64,000 nucleotides of DNA from an uncultured Acidimicrobiales bacterium (GTDB lineage: Bacteria > Actinomycetota > Acidimicrobiia > Acidimicrobiales > DATKAS01), in assembly GCA_963847855.1 (NCBI GenBank), contig CAWKBM010000002.1, positions 112,177 to 176,176 on the forward strand, given 5' to 3'. Shown here in pieces: positions 38,851-47,695 of the stretch (its first letter is position 1; every line of letters begins with the position of its first letter). The notes beneath the pieces were generated by a model. That model made no database searches. It worked only from the letters and a program-made list of their open reading frames with translations, and was not told the origin of the DNA. A program made the translations under genes and the position numbers.

Positions 38851-39795
38851 GTCAGCTCCGTCGTCTGTGACGTCGAAGAGCCGGGTCGCGGGCACGCGGT
38901 TGATCGTGAGGCGCAGCACGTCGGGACGCGAGTAGTGACCGCCGACGTCGCACAGCGCCTTCGCCGTGTGCAACAGGTCGTGCGACCCCTTGGCCATCAA
39001 GATCTCCTCGCCGGCGCAGGGACCTGCGATGACCTCGCCGGTCGGATCGATGATGCAGCTGTCGCCACTCAACGGCCGCAGCATGCCCACGACCTCGCGG
39101 AGCAGTGGCTCGGTGATGTCGTCGACGGAGAGGAGTCCTCCCACGAGCATGACGTAGGCCGCGGCCTGGGAAGCGAACGCACGGGAGAGCAGAGTCTGGC
39201 GAGTGCCGCCTCCGGCTGACTCGTAGCCGGGGAACGCGGCGACGTGCACCTGGGTGCCTTGTGCCATGAGCGCGTAGCCGGGAAGCACCATGTTGTGCTC
39301 CCAGCAGTTGAGGCCGCTGATCCGGGCGTAGGGCCGTTCGTGCACGCGCAGACCGCTGCCGTCGCCCTCACCCCAGGCGAAGCGCTCGCCGTAGGTCGGC
39401 TTGAGCTTTCGGTGCGTGCCGAGGATCTCGCCATCGGCACTGATGAAGACGAGCGTGCAATACGTCGTGCCCCGCGAGACCGGATCGAGCTCCGCGATCC
39501 CCAGGACCACATCGACACCGCAACGCCGCGCGGTGGCTCGCACCAGGTCGACCTCCGGTCCGGCGACCAGCACCGACGCCGCGAGGTAGCGACCACCGAG
39601 CTCACGCTTGATCCCGACGTCGACGGGTGCGTTGATCCAACGCGGGTAGCCAGGGAGCCAGGTCTCGCTGAACGCCACGAGGTCGGCGCCTTGCGTCGCC
39701 GCCTCGTCGATGAGCCGGCATGCCTTCTCCGCCGATGCGGCGGGGTCGAGGAAGACGGGGGCGGCCTGCACCGCGGCCATCACGAAGTCGCTCAT
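38836..39795 (-). CDS. nitrilase / carbon-nitrogen hydrolase family protein
   Basis: 319 aa from ATG 39795. Catalytic triad contexts AFSETW (Glu), HRKLKPT (Lys), LNCWEH (Cys). Confidence 0.85.
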   Translation of the reverse strand: MSDFVMAAVQAAPVFLDPAASAEKACRLIDEAATQGADLVAFSETWLPGYPRWINAPVDVGIKRELGGRYLAASVLVAGPEVDLVRATARRCGVDVVLGIAELDPVSRGTTYCTLVFISADGEILGTHRKLKPTYGERFAWGEGDGSGLRVHERPYARISGLNCWEHNMVLPGYALMAQGTQVHVAAFPGYESAGGGTRQTLLSRAFASQAAAYVMLVGGLLSVDDITEPLLREVVGMLRPLSGDSCIIDPTGEVIAGPCAGEEILMAKGSHDLLHTAKALCDVGGHYSRPDVLRLTINRVPATRLFDVTDDGADSRRE

Positions 39796-39865
39796 GCCCA
39801 GGTCAGCGGGCAGGGACGTCGCGGGGTCCTCACCAGCTCCAGGGTACGTGCCACGGTGGAGCGCC

Positions 39866-40499
39866 ATGTCTGGCGCGACCGTGCTCCTCGTGTACGACCG
39901 CGACGCCACCCTCGAGCCGGCGCTGCACTTCCACGGCTTCGATGTGCAGACCGGAAGACGGGCCGCGCGCGCTTGCAGCTGCAGTCGACCCGACCGTCGA
40001 TGAGTGTCTCGAGGTCGACTGGCCGACATCGACGGGTCGAGGTGTGCGCGGGGGAGGGGGGAAGAGGGGGGGGGGACCAGGATCGAGTCCGCGGCATCTC
40101 GGTCGGCGCCGACGACTACATCGCGAAGCCTGTCGATCTCGAGGAGATCGTCACCCGTCTGCGTGTCGTCATGCGGCGGGCGAACCCTCCTCGGCACATC
40201 GCCCGGCTCGGCGCTCGCGGACCTCGAGCTGAACGACCATGCGCACCTCGTGACTCGCGCCGGCAACCCGGTGCTGCTGTCACCGACGGAGTACCGGCTC
40301 CTGCGCTACCTCCTCGAGAACTCAGCACGAGTGGTGTCGAGAGGGGAGCTGCTCGATCAGGTGTGGCATCGCGACGAGGAGGAAGGGACCAACGTGGTCG
40401 ACACCTACGTCGGCTATCTCCGACGCAAGATCGACCACGTCGATCCCAAGCTCCTCCACACGGTCAGAGGCTTCGGCTACGTGTTCGCGTTGGCCGCTG
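39866..40499 (+). pseudogene. OmpR-family response regulator (RR1), at least 4 frame breaks and a G-tract replacing the beta4 region
   Basis: Fragments: VLLVYDRDATLEPALHFHGFDVQT / EDGPRALAAAVDPTVDECLEVD / LADIDGSRCARG / DQDRVRGISVGADDYIAKPVDLEEIVTRL / LLSPTEYRLLRYLLEN..VVDTYVGYLRRKID..VRGFGYVF. The 3' end is uncertain. Confidence 0.6.
40050..40075 (+). repeat. G-rich tract G5-A-G6-AA-G-A-G10
   Basis: Read directly as GGGGGAGGGGGGAAGAGGGGGGGGGG. This is the longest homopolymer I noticed in the window. Confidence 0.9.
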
Positions 40500-40509
40500 A
40501 CCTTGCTGG

Positions 40510-41666
40510 TCACACGCCGGGCAGCAGGAACACGTTCGCCGCGAGACCCGTGGCGTCGGAGTTGCGCTGCACGAGCTCGGCGAGCGTCGTGCGGTAGGTG
40601 ATGTTGAAGCGTTGTTCGATCACTCGCAGGGCTGGATCGTTCAAGTAGAAGAACCGATCTCCGTCACGGAGTCGGGTGAACTGGTCCTTCCAGATACGCG
40701 TTCTGCAGCTCGCCGAGCTCGCTCCCGGGGAGGTGCTGCTCGGAGAGCATCCCCGTGAACGCGTCCAGCCGGTCGGGTGAGCTGAAGACGGCCTTCAGTC
40801 GGGCGGCGACCGTGGTGCGCCGCACCTCGCGCACCGCGTCGGCGGCGGCGGCTTCTGACCCGAGAGGGATCTTGTTGCCGCTGCGATCGAAGAGCGCGAG
40901 GACGTCCAGGATGTTCGGGTCGTTGATGGGATCGCGTGGATTGATCAGCGGATCCCGGGGGAACGACTCTGTCGACTCACCGGTGATCGCGGTGAAGGAC
41001 GACTTTGGGGCGAGCCCGTACGCGCTGACGCAGATCGTTGTACACGGGCATCCCATGGTCGCGGCCGCGCTGCACGTCGATCGCTCCGAGGTCAACGACG
41101 CCGCGGAAGCACGACGGCGGTGCATCGGCCCCGACACACAGTGCGGGATCGGAGCCGGGTGCGGGCAGCTCGAACAACGTGCTGCGCATCTCGTTGTCCA
41201 TCTGCTCGTCGTTTGCGTACTGCGACTCACCGCCGAGGGCGGCCAAGACCGGGCCGAGGCCGATCTGCTGGACGAGCGCAGGGCTACCGAAGGCGACGTC
41301 GAGGGGCACTGCGAGCACGATCGCCGTGCCCTCGTCCTCCACGACGATGCCCTGCTTCCTGAACGCATCCAGCTCGGCGGCACTGAAGTGTCCGGGTGCG
41401 ACATCGATCTCGAACTCACCGTGGATCATGCTGTGCATGCGGTAGCCGACCGTGGCGAACTCGTTCGAGAGCGACGCGTCGACGTGTGGGTCGTAGCCGC
41501 GATAGCGGTCCAGCTGCACGCCGACGGCGGGAAGGAACTCGTTGTACGTGATGTACTGCTCCTCCGCGCCGACGACTCGACGGGCGATCTCGAACTTCAG
41601 CTGTTCGGACAGGTTGCGCGGGAAGCATTGGTCGGGGAGAGCCTGAGAGGCGTCGGCAGAGCCCAT
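40510..41666 (-). pseudogene. animal-haem-peroxidase (peroxidase-cyclooxygenase) family fragment, N-terminally truncated, 2 frame breaks
   Basis: ARRVVGAEEQYITYNEFLPAVGV..NEFATVGYRMHSMIHGEF..VVDLGAIDVQRGRDHGMPVYNDLRQ / AYGLAPKSSFTAITGE.. / IWKDQFTRLRDGDRFFYLNDPAL..NVFLLPGV*. About 180-200 N-terminal residues of the domain (distal haem side) are absent. Confidence 0.65.
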
Positions 41667-41720
41667 TGGCAGAGACGTGGCAGGTCGGCAAGAGCCGGTG
41701 GGCGTTCGGTCAGCCGATGT

Positions 41721-42354
41721 CGGTTCGAGCACGTAGCCCACCGATCGCACGCTTCGAATCGCCACCGACTCGGGAAGCTTGCGCCGGAGGTATCCGACGT
41801 AGACGTCGACGACCTTGGGTGAGCAAGCTCGGCTCCCCATATGGAGAAGGAGGATCTGGCGGCGCGTCACGATCTGGCCGCCGTTGACGATCAGATATCG
41901 CAGCAGGCGGTACTCGGTGAGCGACAGCCGATAGGGCTTCCGTTGTGCAGCACCGCCCCCGTTCGTCGTCGATCGAGATGTCGGCAACGTGCAGGTCCCC
42001 GCGGCGTTGATGTCGATCCTCCAAAGGATCCTGCGTACGCCGCCGACAAGCCGTTGACGCTCACGGGACGCATCAGGACAGCGTCACCGCCCGCGAGCAG
42101 GGCGTCGATCCTCGCTTCCAGATCGGCGCGCGCGACACGAACACGATCGGGATGTCGATGCCCCGACTCCGCCAGCGCAGGCACAGCTCGACGCCGCCGA
42201 CGGGCTCGAGCGCAGCGTCGAGCACGACAAGATCGGGTCGCCGAAGCTGAGCGCATGTCGCTTCGTCGCTGTGCGCGTGACGAGAACCTGCAGGCCGTCG
42301 CGAACGTGGCCCGCAGAAGGCCTCGGGAGTGCTCGTCGTCGTCGGGACGAGCAC
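41721..42354 (-). pseudogene. OmpR-family response regulator (RR2), at least 6 frame breaks
   Basis: Fragments spread over all three minus frames: VLV/VDDDEHSRGLLRATF / DGLQVLVT / LRRPDLVVLDAALEPVGGVELCLRWRSRGIDIPIVFVS / ARADLEARIDALLAGGDAVLMRP / LHVADISIDDERG / YRLSLTEYRLLRYLIVNGGQIVTR..VVDVYVGYLRRKL..VRSVGYVLEP. Confidence 0.55.
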
Positions 42355-42487
42355 GCGAGGGGTACCCCGGTCGACAGGGAAGGTCGTGATGGCGCTCCTC
42401 GGCGTCCTCGCAAACGATCCGTGCCCGAGAGTCATCGACACAATCCCGCGAAAGCGTGAGAGGAAATCGCGGCCTACGGTCTGCGGC

Positions 42488-42883
42488 GTGGAGCTGACCG
42501 AGCTGGTTGCCACGATGCCCTTTGCGGTCACGCTCGGCATCGAGATCACTGCTGCCGCACCGGAAGGCGTCACGGGCTCGCTCGATCACCGGCCCGATCT
42601 CTGCACGACCGCCGGCGTGCTCCACGGGGGAGCGCTGATGACGCTCGCGGACACGGTGGGAGCGGTGTGCGCGTTCCTGAACCTTCCGGCCGGAGCACGC
42701 ACTTCGACGCTCGAGTCGAAGACGAACTTCTTACGTGCGGTGACGGCCGGAAGAGTCACGGCAGCTTGCGCGCCGGTGCACGTGGGGCGATCGACGATCG
42801 TGCTGCAGACTCAGGTCCGCGACTCGACTGATCGTCTCGTGTCCCTCACGACTCAGACTCAGACGGTCCTGACCAGTCCTTGA
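42488..42883 (+). CDS. PaaI-family hotdog-fold thioesterase
   Basis: GTG 42488; MPFAVTLGIEI..GVLHGGALMTLADTVGA..ESKTNFLRAV. The ORF-track N-terminus (42329) overlaps RR2. Confidence 0.75.
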   Translation: MELTELVATMPFAVTLGIEITAAAPEGVTGSLDHRPDLCTTAGVLHGGALMTLADTVGAVCAFLNLPAGARTSTLESKTNFLRAVTAGRVTAACAPVHVGRSTIVLQTQVRDSTDRLVSLTTQTQTVLTSP

Positions 42884-43304
42884 AGTCCGCCGGGGTGAAG
42901 TCCTTCGTCTCGACGAGCACGAGCCAGTTGCCCGAGTTGTCGCGGATCAGCGCCTCGACTCCGTAGGGGCGGTCGGCCGGGGGAGCGATGAACTCGACGC
43001 CCTTCGCCGTGAGCTCTTCGTAGGTCTTCTGGCAGTTGTCGGTGTGCAGACCGAAGCCGCCCATGGTGCCGTTCGCGAGCGACCGGCGGATCGACTCGAC
43101 CATCCACTCGTCGAGGGGAGGGCCGGGCTTCATCAGGGTGAGCTCGAGCTCGGGATGGTCAGGGTGGCTCACGGAGACCCAGCGGAAGCCCTCGCCCATC
43201 GTGACGTCGGTGCGCTCCACGAACCCGAGCTTCTCTGTGTAGAACTTCTTCGCTTCGTCCTGGTCGTTCACGTACACGGTCATGAGGGAGATGTTCGTGA
43301 TCAT
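42846..43304 (-). CDS. VOC/glyoxalase family protein
   Basis: 152 aa: MTVYVNDQDEAKKFYTEKLGF..DRPYGVEALIRDNSGNWLVLVE. Confidence 0.8.
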   Translation of the reverse strand: MITNISLMTVYVNDQDEAKKFYTEKLGFVERTDVTMGEGFRWVSVSHPDHPELELTLMKPGPPLDEWMVESIRRSLANGTMGGFGLHTDNCQKTYEELTAKGVEFIAPPADRPYGVEALIRDNSGNWLVLVETKDFTPADFKDWSGPSESES

Positions 43305-43322
43305 GCGGGGACGGTACGACGA

Positions 43323-43772
43323 TCACGTGCTCGTTGGCTTCTCCGAAGTTGCGGTCTTGGAAGTTGTCGTCTTCGTGCGGCGGTCGCTGAGGCCGTGCAT
43401 CAGCACGTAGCAACCGGGGATGTGAGGGGCGCCGTCGGCGAAGCTCGCTTGGTACTCCGAGGGGGAGAGGCCGACGAGGTCACGGAACTTCGTGCTGAAC
43501 GACCCGAGGCTCGAGTAGCCCACGAGCATGCACACCTCTGTGACGGTGAGGTTCGTCGAGCGGAGCAGGTCCTGCGCGCGTTCGATCCGCCGCTCGGCGA
43601 GGTACACGGCGGGCGTCTTGCCGTACGTCGCCGCGAAGCAACGAAGGAAGTGGTACTTCGACACCGCCGCGGTCGCCGCGAGCTCATCGAGGTCCAGGGG
43701 CTCGGCGTAGTCGCGGTCGATGAGATCCCGAGCTCGCCTCAGGTGCACAAGGAGCGGCTCGGAAACGCGCAC
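43323..43772 (-). CDS. AraC-family transcriptional regulator (short, HTH-only type)
   Basis: GTG 43772. LDELAATAAVSKYHFLRCFAATYGKTP and VCMLVGYSSLGSFSTKFRDLVGLSPSEY are the two HTH units. Confidence 0.75.
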   Translation of the reverse strand: MRVSEPLLVHLRRARDLIDRDYAEPLDLDELAATAAVSKYHFLRCFAATYGKTPAVYLAERRIERAQDLLRSTNLTVTEVCMLVGYSSLGSFSTKFRDLVGLSPSEYQASFADGAPHIPGCYVLMHGLSDRRTKTTTSKTATSEKPTST

Positions 43773-43774
43773 TG

Positions 43775-44008
43775 TCAGAAGGTGAGGGCGCTGTTGGTCG
43801 CTTGGATCGCGGTTTCGGGGTCGGAGTACGCGCCGAGGACGACTGTGGTGTTGCGCGCGTTGTCGAGCGCGGCCTTGATCGTGCTGCGATCGCCTGTGTG
43901 GTAGATCTCGATCGAGATCAGCTTGTCGAGCCGGATCCAGCTCTCGGGACCGGTGCGCGCCCACTCGCCGTTGTGGGAGATCTCGATCGGAACATCCTCA
44001 ATGGCCAT
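43775..44008 (-). CDS. hypothetical 77-aa protein
   Basis: MAIEDVPIEISHNGEWARTGPESWIRL..; its stop abuts the AraC start. No family recognised. Confidence 0.35.
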   Translation of the reverse strand: MAIEDVPIEISHNGEWARTGPESWIRLDKLISIEIYHTGDRSTIKAALDNARNTTVVLGAYSDPETAIQATNSALTF

Positions 44009-44535
44009 GGCCTGAGCCTTCCACGGGCCGACGTGCCGGCTCAGATCGCGTGCCTCCCAGATTGCCTCTACTCGTCCGTGCCAGCTCCTGCCGCGCGGTC
44101 CTCGTCGGTGAGCTCCTGCTTCGGGATGTCGAGCTCTGCCATCGCCGCTTCGAGATCCTCGTCCGTGGCCCGATGGGGCGAGCTGGTCGTGAACTGGACG
44201 AGCATCCACGCGGACAGCGGGCGGCGAAACGGGCACACCTTTCGTCGATCACAAAGACATCGAATGGGATGCTCTCGACGGCGAGAAGCTCTTGCGGGCT
44301 GAGGCGGCGCTTGTGGCGGCGTGGGCCGGAGTACTCGCCGAGGAGCGCGTCACGGACGTCTACAACGAGGAAGGGGCGAAGGACGACCTCGACTACGGCA
44401 CGTCGTGCACGGCGGCCCGTACACCTTCGCCGACGCCGCGCAGGCGACGGCCTTCGTCGCCGAAGCGGTCGAGTCGCTGATGTATCTCGGCTGCGACGTC
44501 TACGCCGAGTAGCGCCCGCGTTCAACGGCGCGCGC

Positions 44536-45069
44536 CTAGGTACTCGTCCATTCCGGCGCGAGGAGGCCGAGGACGACCTCGTCCGCGAACGCGCCGTCGA
44601 CCCAGGCTCCGCCTCGCAGTGTTCCTTCGTGCGTGAAGCCAACACGCGTCGCCGCCTTGATCATCGGCTGATTGTCGGCGAGCGTCTCGAGCTGTAAGCG
44701 GTGTAAGCCACGAGTGCCGAAGCCGTAACAGCAGAGCACGCGGAGCACGTCGACGCTCAAGCCGCGACCGCGGAAGCCCGGACGCAGCGAGACTCCGAGA
44801 TGGGCGGCCCTGTTGTGCAGATCGATGCCCCAGAGGAGCGCTTCGCCCGCGAGCTCCCCGCCGGCGCACTCCACTACCGAGAAGATTGCGACATCCGCAG
44901 CAGGCTCCGCCACGCGGTACGGCGAGGCGGGCGAGTCGGCCGAGAGCGGCACCCACGGGCGCGAGTCGGCCCGCGACCGCGTCGGGACGTCGTCGTAAAG
45001 CTCCGCGTGCAGCACTGCGACGTCTGCATCGCTGCGCGAGCGCAGGTCCACCTTCTCTCCCCGGAGCAT
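44536..45069 (-). CDS. GNAT-family N-acetyltransferase
   Basis: 177 aa with the acetyl-CoA loop region RPGFRGRGLSVDVLRVLCCYGF and GFTHEGTLRG. Confidence 0.8.
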   Translation of the reverse strand: MLRGEKVDLRSRSDADVAVLHAELYDDVPTRSRADSRPWVPLSADSPASPYRVAEPAADVAIFSVVECAGGELAGEALLWGIDLHNRAAHLGVSLRPGFRGRGLSVDVLRVLCCYGFGTRGLHRLQLETLADNQPMIKAATRVGFTHEGTLRGGAWVDGAFADEVVLGLLAPEWTST

Positions 45070-45333
45070 CTCGACAGTTCTACCTTTCTCGACGCGATGA
45101 CACTCGCGCGTGCGGGTGGAGATATCGACCGAGCGCGCTCGTGCAAGGTGATGCTCCGCTGTCTGACGGCGACCGTGCTGGCCGCCCCCATCATGGTTGC
45201 GTCGGTCGCCGCGGTAGCCGACAGGCTCCTCACGCGTGGGGAGCTGTTCGGCGACCGGGTCGACGAGCTGCGGCCGCCGAACTAGGCCACCGCGCGATGG
45301 CGGCCGACGACCAGCTCGCCCCGCTCGACCTTC

Positions 45334-45486
45334 GAGCCGGCGCCGCTCTCTTCACCCGAGGCCGCCGAAGATGCCCTCAGGCTCCTCGATGCCCGCGGCC
45401 AGACACTCGTCGCGCACGAGGCACCCGGCACAGATCGCCTTCGTACGCGCGCACGACTCGCCTGTGCCCGACGACGAGGATCGCAC
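45334..45486 (-). pseudogene. WhiB-like remnant with in-frame TGA
   Basis: The minus frame reads ..GESCARTKAICAGCLVRDECLAAGIEEPEGIFGGLG-TGA(45354-45352)-RERRRL. This matches the WhiB CxxC-x5-C and G[IV]WGG..ERRRL signatures. The first-Cys region is unclear (an SCDP lies in the adjacent frame). Confidence 0.35.
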
Positions 45487-45622
45487 GAGGGCCGCGGTCG
45501 ACGCGGTGCTCGTCGGCTCTGTGTGCTCACGCGTCGCTGCCCTCTGAGGGCTCCCCGGCTGGGTCAGGGGGTTGCGCGTCTTCGATCCCGTAGAACCATC
45601 GGGCGAATCGGTTGCGATGGAT

Positions 45623-45889
45623 CTACCGGTTCAGTCGAGACTCAGGCACCACGGGGATGTCCAGCCATCTCGGTCCGTGACCGGTCAGGCAGTAGGAGCA
45701 GAGTTCGACGGGGACCGTCGGGGTCCAAGTACTCGAGGAGGCGTTGATTGGCCTGCCGCATCTCGCGCAACGATCGGGTTCACCCACCGCTCGACATTGT
45801 GATGCGCCCTCGGGGAAGTCGCCACCGAAGCGACGCGGGCACTCGTGGTCGCGTGTCACGGCCGTGTCATGGCGTCCGGCGGAGGGCAT
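45623..45889 (-). CDS. possible small Cys-rich (zinc-ribbon-like) protein
   Basis: 88 aa from ATG 45889 with CPRRF..CRAV..CARCGRPI..CSYC. Codon bias is only moderate, and it starts ~30 nt after the rnpB 3' end. Confidence 0.3.
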   Translation of the reverse strand: MPSAGRHDTAVTRDHECPRRFGGDFPEGASQCRAVGEPDRCARCGRPINASSSTWTPTVPVELCSYCLTGHGPRWLDIPVVPESRLNR

Positions 45890-45917
45890 ATAATCCCAGG
45901 TCAGCGGCCGTAGTGAC

Positions 45918-46281
<364 letters not shown>

Positions 46282-46316
46282 GTCCCGACCAGTGTGCCAG
46301 CCGCGCTCGGGGCGCG

Positions 46317-47072
46317 TCAGACGTAAGCGGCGGTGCCGACGGCGAGGGTGACGTTACCGAAGGGCGAGGGGAACAGCTCCTCGTCCGGGATGACCGAAAC
46401 GAGGATGATCGAGTGGCGGCGTTCCACCGCGCCGACCGACTGGATCGTCTGGCGCAGGTCGGGGGTGGTGAACATCGGCACGAACACCTGATAGGTGCCT
46501 CCGGCCGTGTCTTCGAGCTCGAGGGCGAGGTTGACGACGTCGATCTCTTCCTTCACCGACGGCAGGATCGTGTCGACGACCTTCAGCTGGATGTACGGGT
46601 TCGCCATCGTGTACGGCTCGCCACCGGCTTCGGTCGTCGCAGCCGTGAACAGCTCGTTGTGCTGATGATGCTGATCGCGGAAGAGCTTCGCGGCGTCGGC
46701 GAGCGCGGGAGTGGTCAGGAGCCCCGAGGCCAACGCCTTCTCATAGGTCTCCACGGCGAGGATCTCGATCGACGATGCGGTGCGCAGCAACGTCACGTCG
46801 TTGACGGGAGGCGGAGCGATCGTCACCGTCGTCGGCGTCGCGTCGCCGCCTTCAGGCACCTGCGGCTTCGCTGAGTGATCCGCGCACGCGGCCAACGCCG
46901 CGGCCATCAGCCCACCACCTGCGATGAGCAGGCCCCGTCGATTGAACGAACCGTCGCCGCCAGCGAACCGCATGATCGCGTCGCGGAACGGACCCATGGA
47001 CTCGCGCTGCGCCTCTTCGGCGTCGCGCATCTGCCTGCGCAGCTCGTCACGGCCGATCCCCATGTCGCTCAT
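46317..47072 (-). CDS. Tat-signal ferritin-like domain (lipo)protein
   Basis: FNRRGLLIAGGGLMAAALAAC (twin-Arg plus lipobox). Four-helix di-iron-type ligand contexts: EILAVETYE, DQHHQHNE, LELEDTAGG, AVERRH. ATG 47072 overlaps the upstream stop (ATGA). Internal ATGs closer to the Tat motif are alternative starts. Confidence 0.7.
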   Translation of the reverse strand: MSDMGIGRDELRRQMRDAEEAQRESMGPFRDAIMRFAGGDGSFNRRGLLIAGGGLMAAALAACADHSAKPQVPEGGDATPTTVTIAPPPVNDVTLLRTASSIEILAVETYEKALASGLLTTPALADAAKLFRDQHHQHNELFTAATTEAGGEPYTMANPYIQLKVVDTILPSVKEEIDVVNLALELEDTAGGTYQVFVPMFTTPDLRQTIQSVGAVERRHSIILVSVIPDEELFPSPFGNVTLAVGTAAYV

Positions 47073-47695
47073 CCGAGCACCGGGAACTCGGCGGGCCGGA
47101 ACGCCCCGACGACCGACTCGAAGGCGGGGACGAAGGTGGCCGTGGGCAAGCTCGCCGCCGAGCCGAGCACGGTGGCGTGCTGCGCCTCGATCGAGAGCAC
47201 ACCTGAGGCGAAGCCCGCCGCTCTCGGCGCTTCGTAGGTGCCGCAGGCGAGCACGTAGGTCGACGCCGCTCTTGTCTCGAGATCGAAGAGGACATCGAAG
47301 AGGTCGTCGACGGTGCTGGCTGTGCGCACCCTGCCGGCGTAGGCGTTGACCATCTGTCCGTTCGTGCCGTTCACGGTGCTCGAGCCGAAGCCGCCGAGGG
47401 CTCCCGCGGCCACCGCGTGCTCGTCGTGGTGGTTCTGGAACTGCACGGCGTACGCCGTTTGCGCGTCATCGAAGAGCTTTTTGTCGAGGGCGAGGCCGTA
47501 GATCTCGACGAACGCCAGCTCGATAGAGCGGTGGAAGGCGGTGAGCTGAAGGTCCGCGGCCGAGAGGTTGCTGGCCGTGGACTGCGCCTGGGCGACGCCG
47601 GCGAACGCAGGGATGGCACCGATCGCCACCGCCGCGGCGCCGACTCCCGCACCGACCAGGAGGTGTCGTCTTGACGGATCCTGAGTTGAAGTCAT
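47069..47695 (-). CDS. Tat-signal ferritin-like domain protein
   Basis: SRRHLLVGAGVGAAAVAIG..AQA signal. Ligand contexts IELAFVEIYG, NHHDEHA, FDLETRAA, SIEAQHA. The start overlaps the cupredoxin stop (ATGA 47692-47695). Confidence 0.7.
   Translation of the reverse strand: MTSTQDPSRRHLLVGAGVGAAAVAIGAIPAFAGVAQAQSTASNLSAADLQLTAFHRSIELAFVEIYGLALDKKLFDDAQTAYAVQFQNHHDEHAVAAGALGGFGSSTVNGTNGQMVNAYAGRVRTASTVDDLFDVLFDLETRAASTYVLACGTYEAPRAAGFASGVLSIEAQHATVLGSAASLPTATFVPAFESVVGAFRPAEFPVLG

Noticed and set aside
39866-42354. Inverted response-regulator genes as the terminal inverted repeats of a composite transposon
   Set aside because: The two copies are only paralog-level similar at the DNA level (roughly three quarters identity in the best stretch, by eye). 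No transposase, integrase or direct repeats are visible.
44050-44512. Small ORFs between the 77-aa gene and the GNAT gene: minus-strand MLVQFTTSSPHRATDEDLEAAMAELDIPKQELTDEDRAAGAGTDE at 44068-44205, and a plus-strand ..HGGPYTFADAAQATAFVAEAVESLMYLGCDVYAE ending at 44512
   Set aside because: Both look protein-like, but they are short, need a frame break or lack clear starts, and lie in exactly antiparallel codon register with alternative ORFs. I therefore could not decide strand or boundaries well enough to report them as features.
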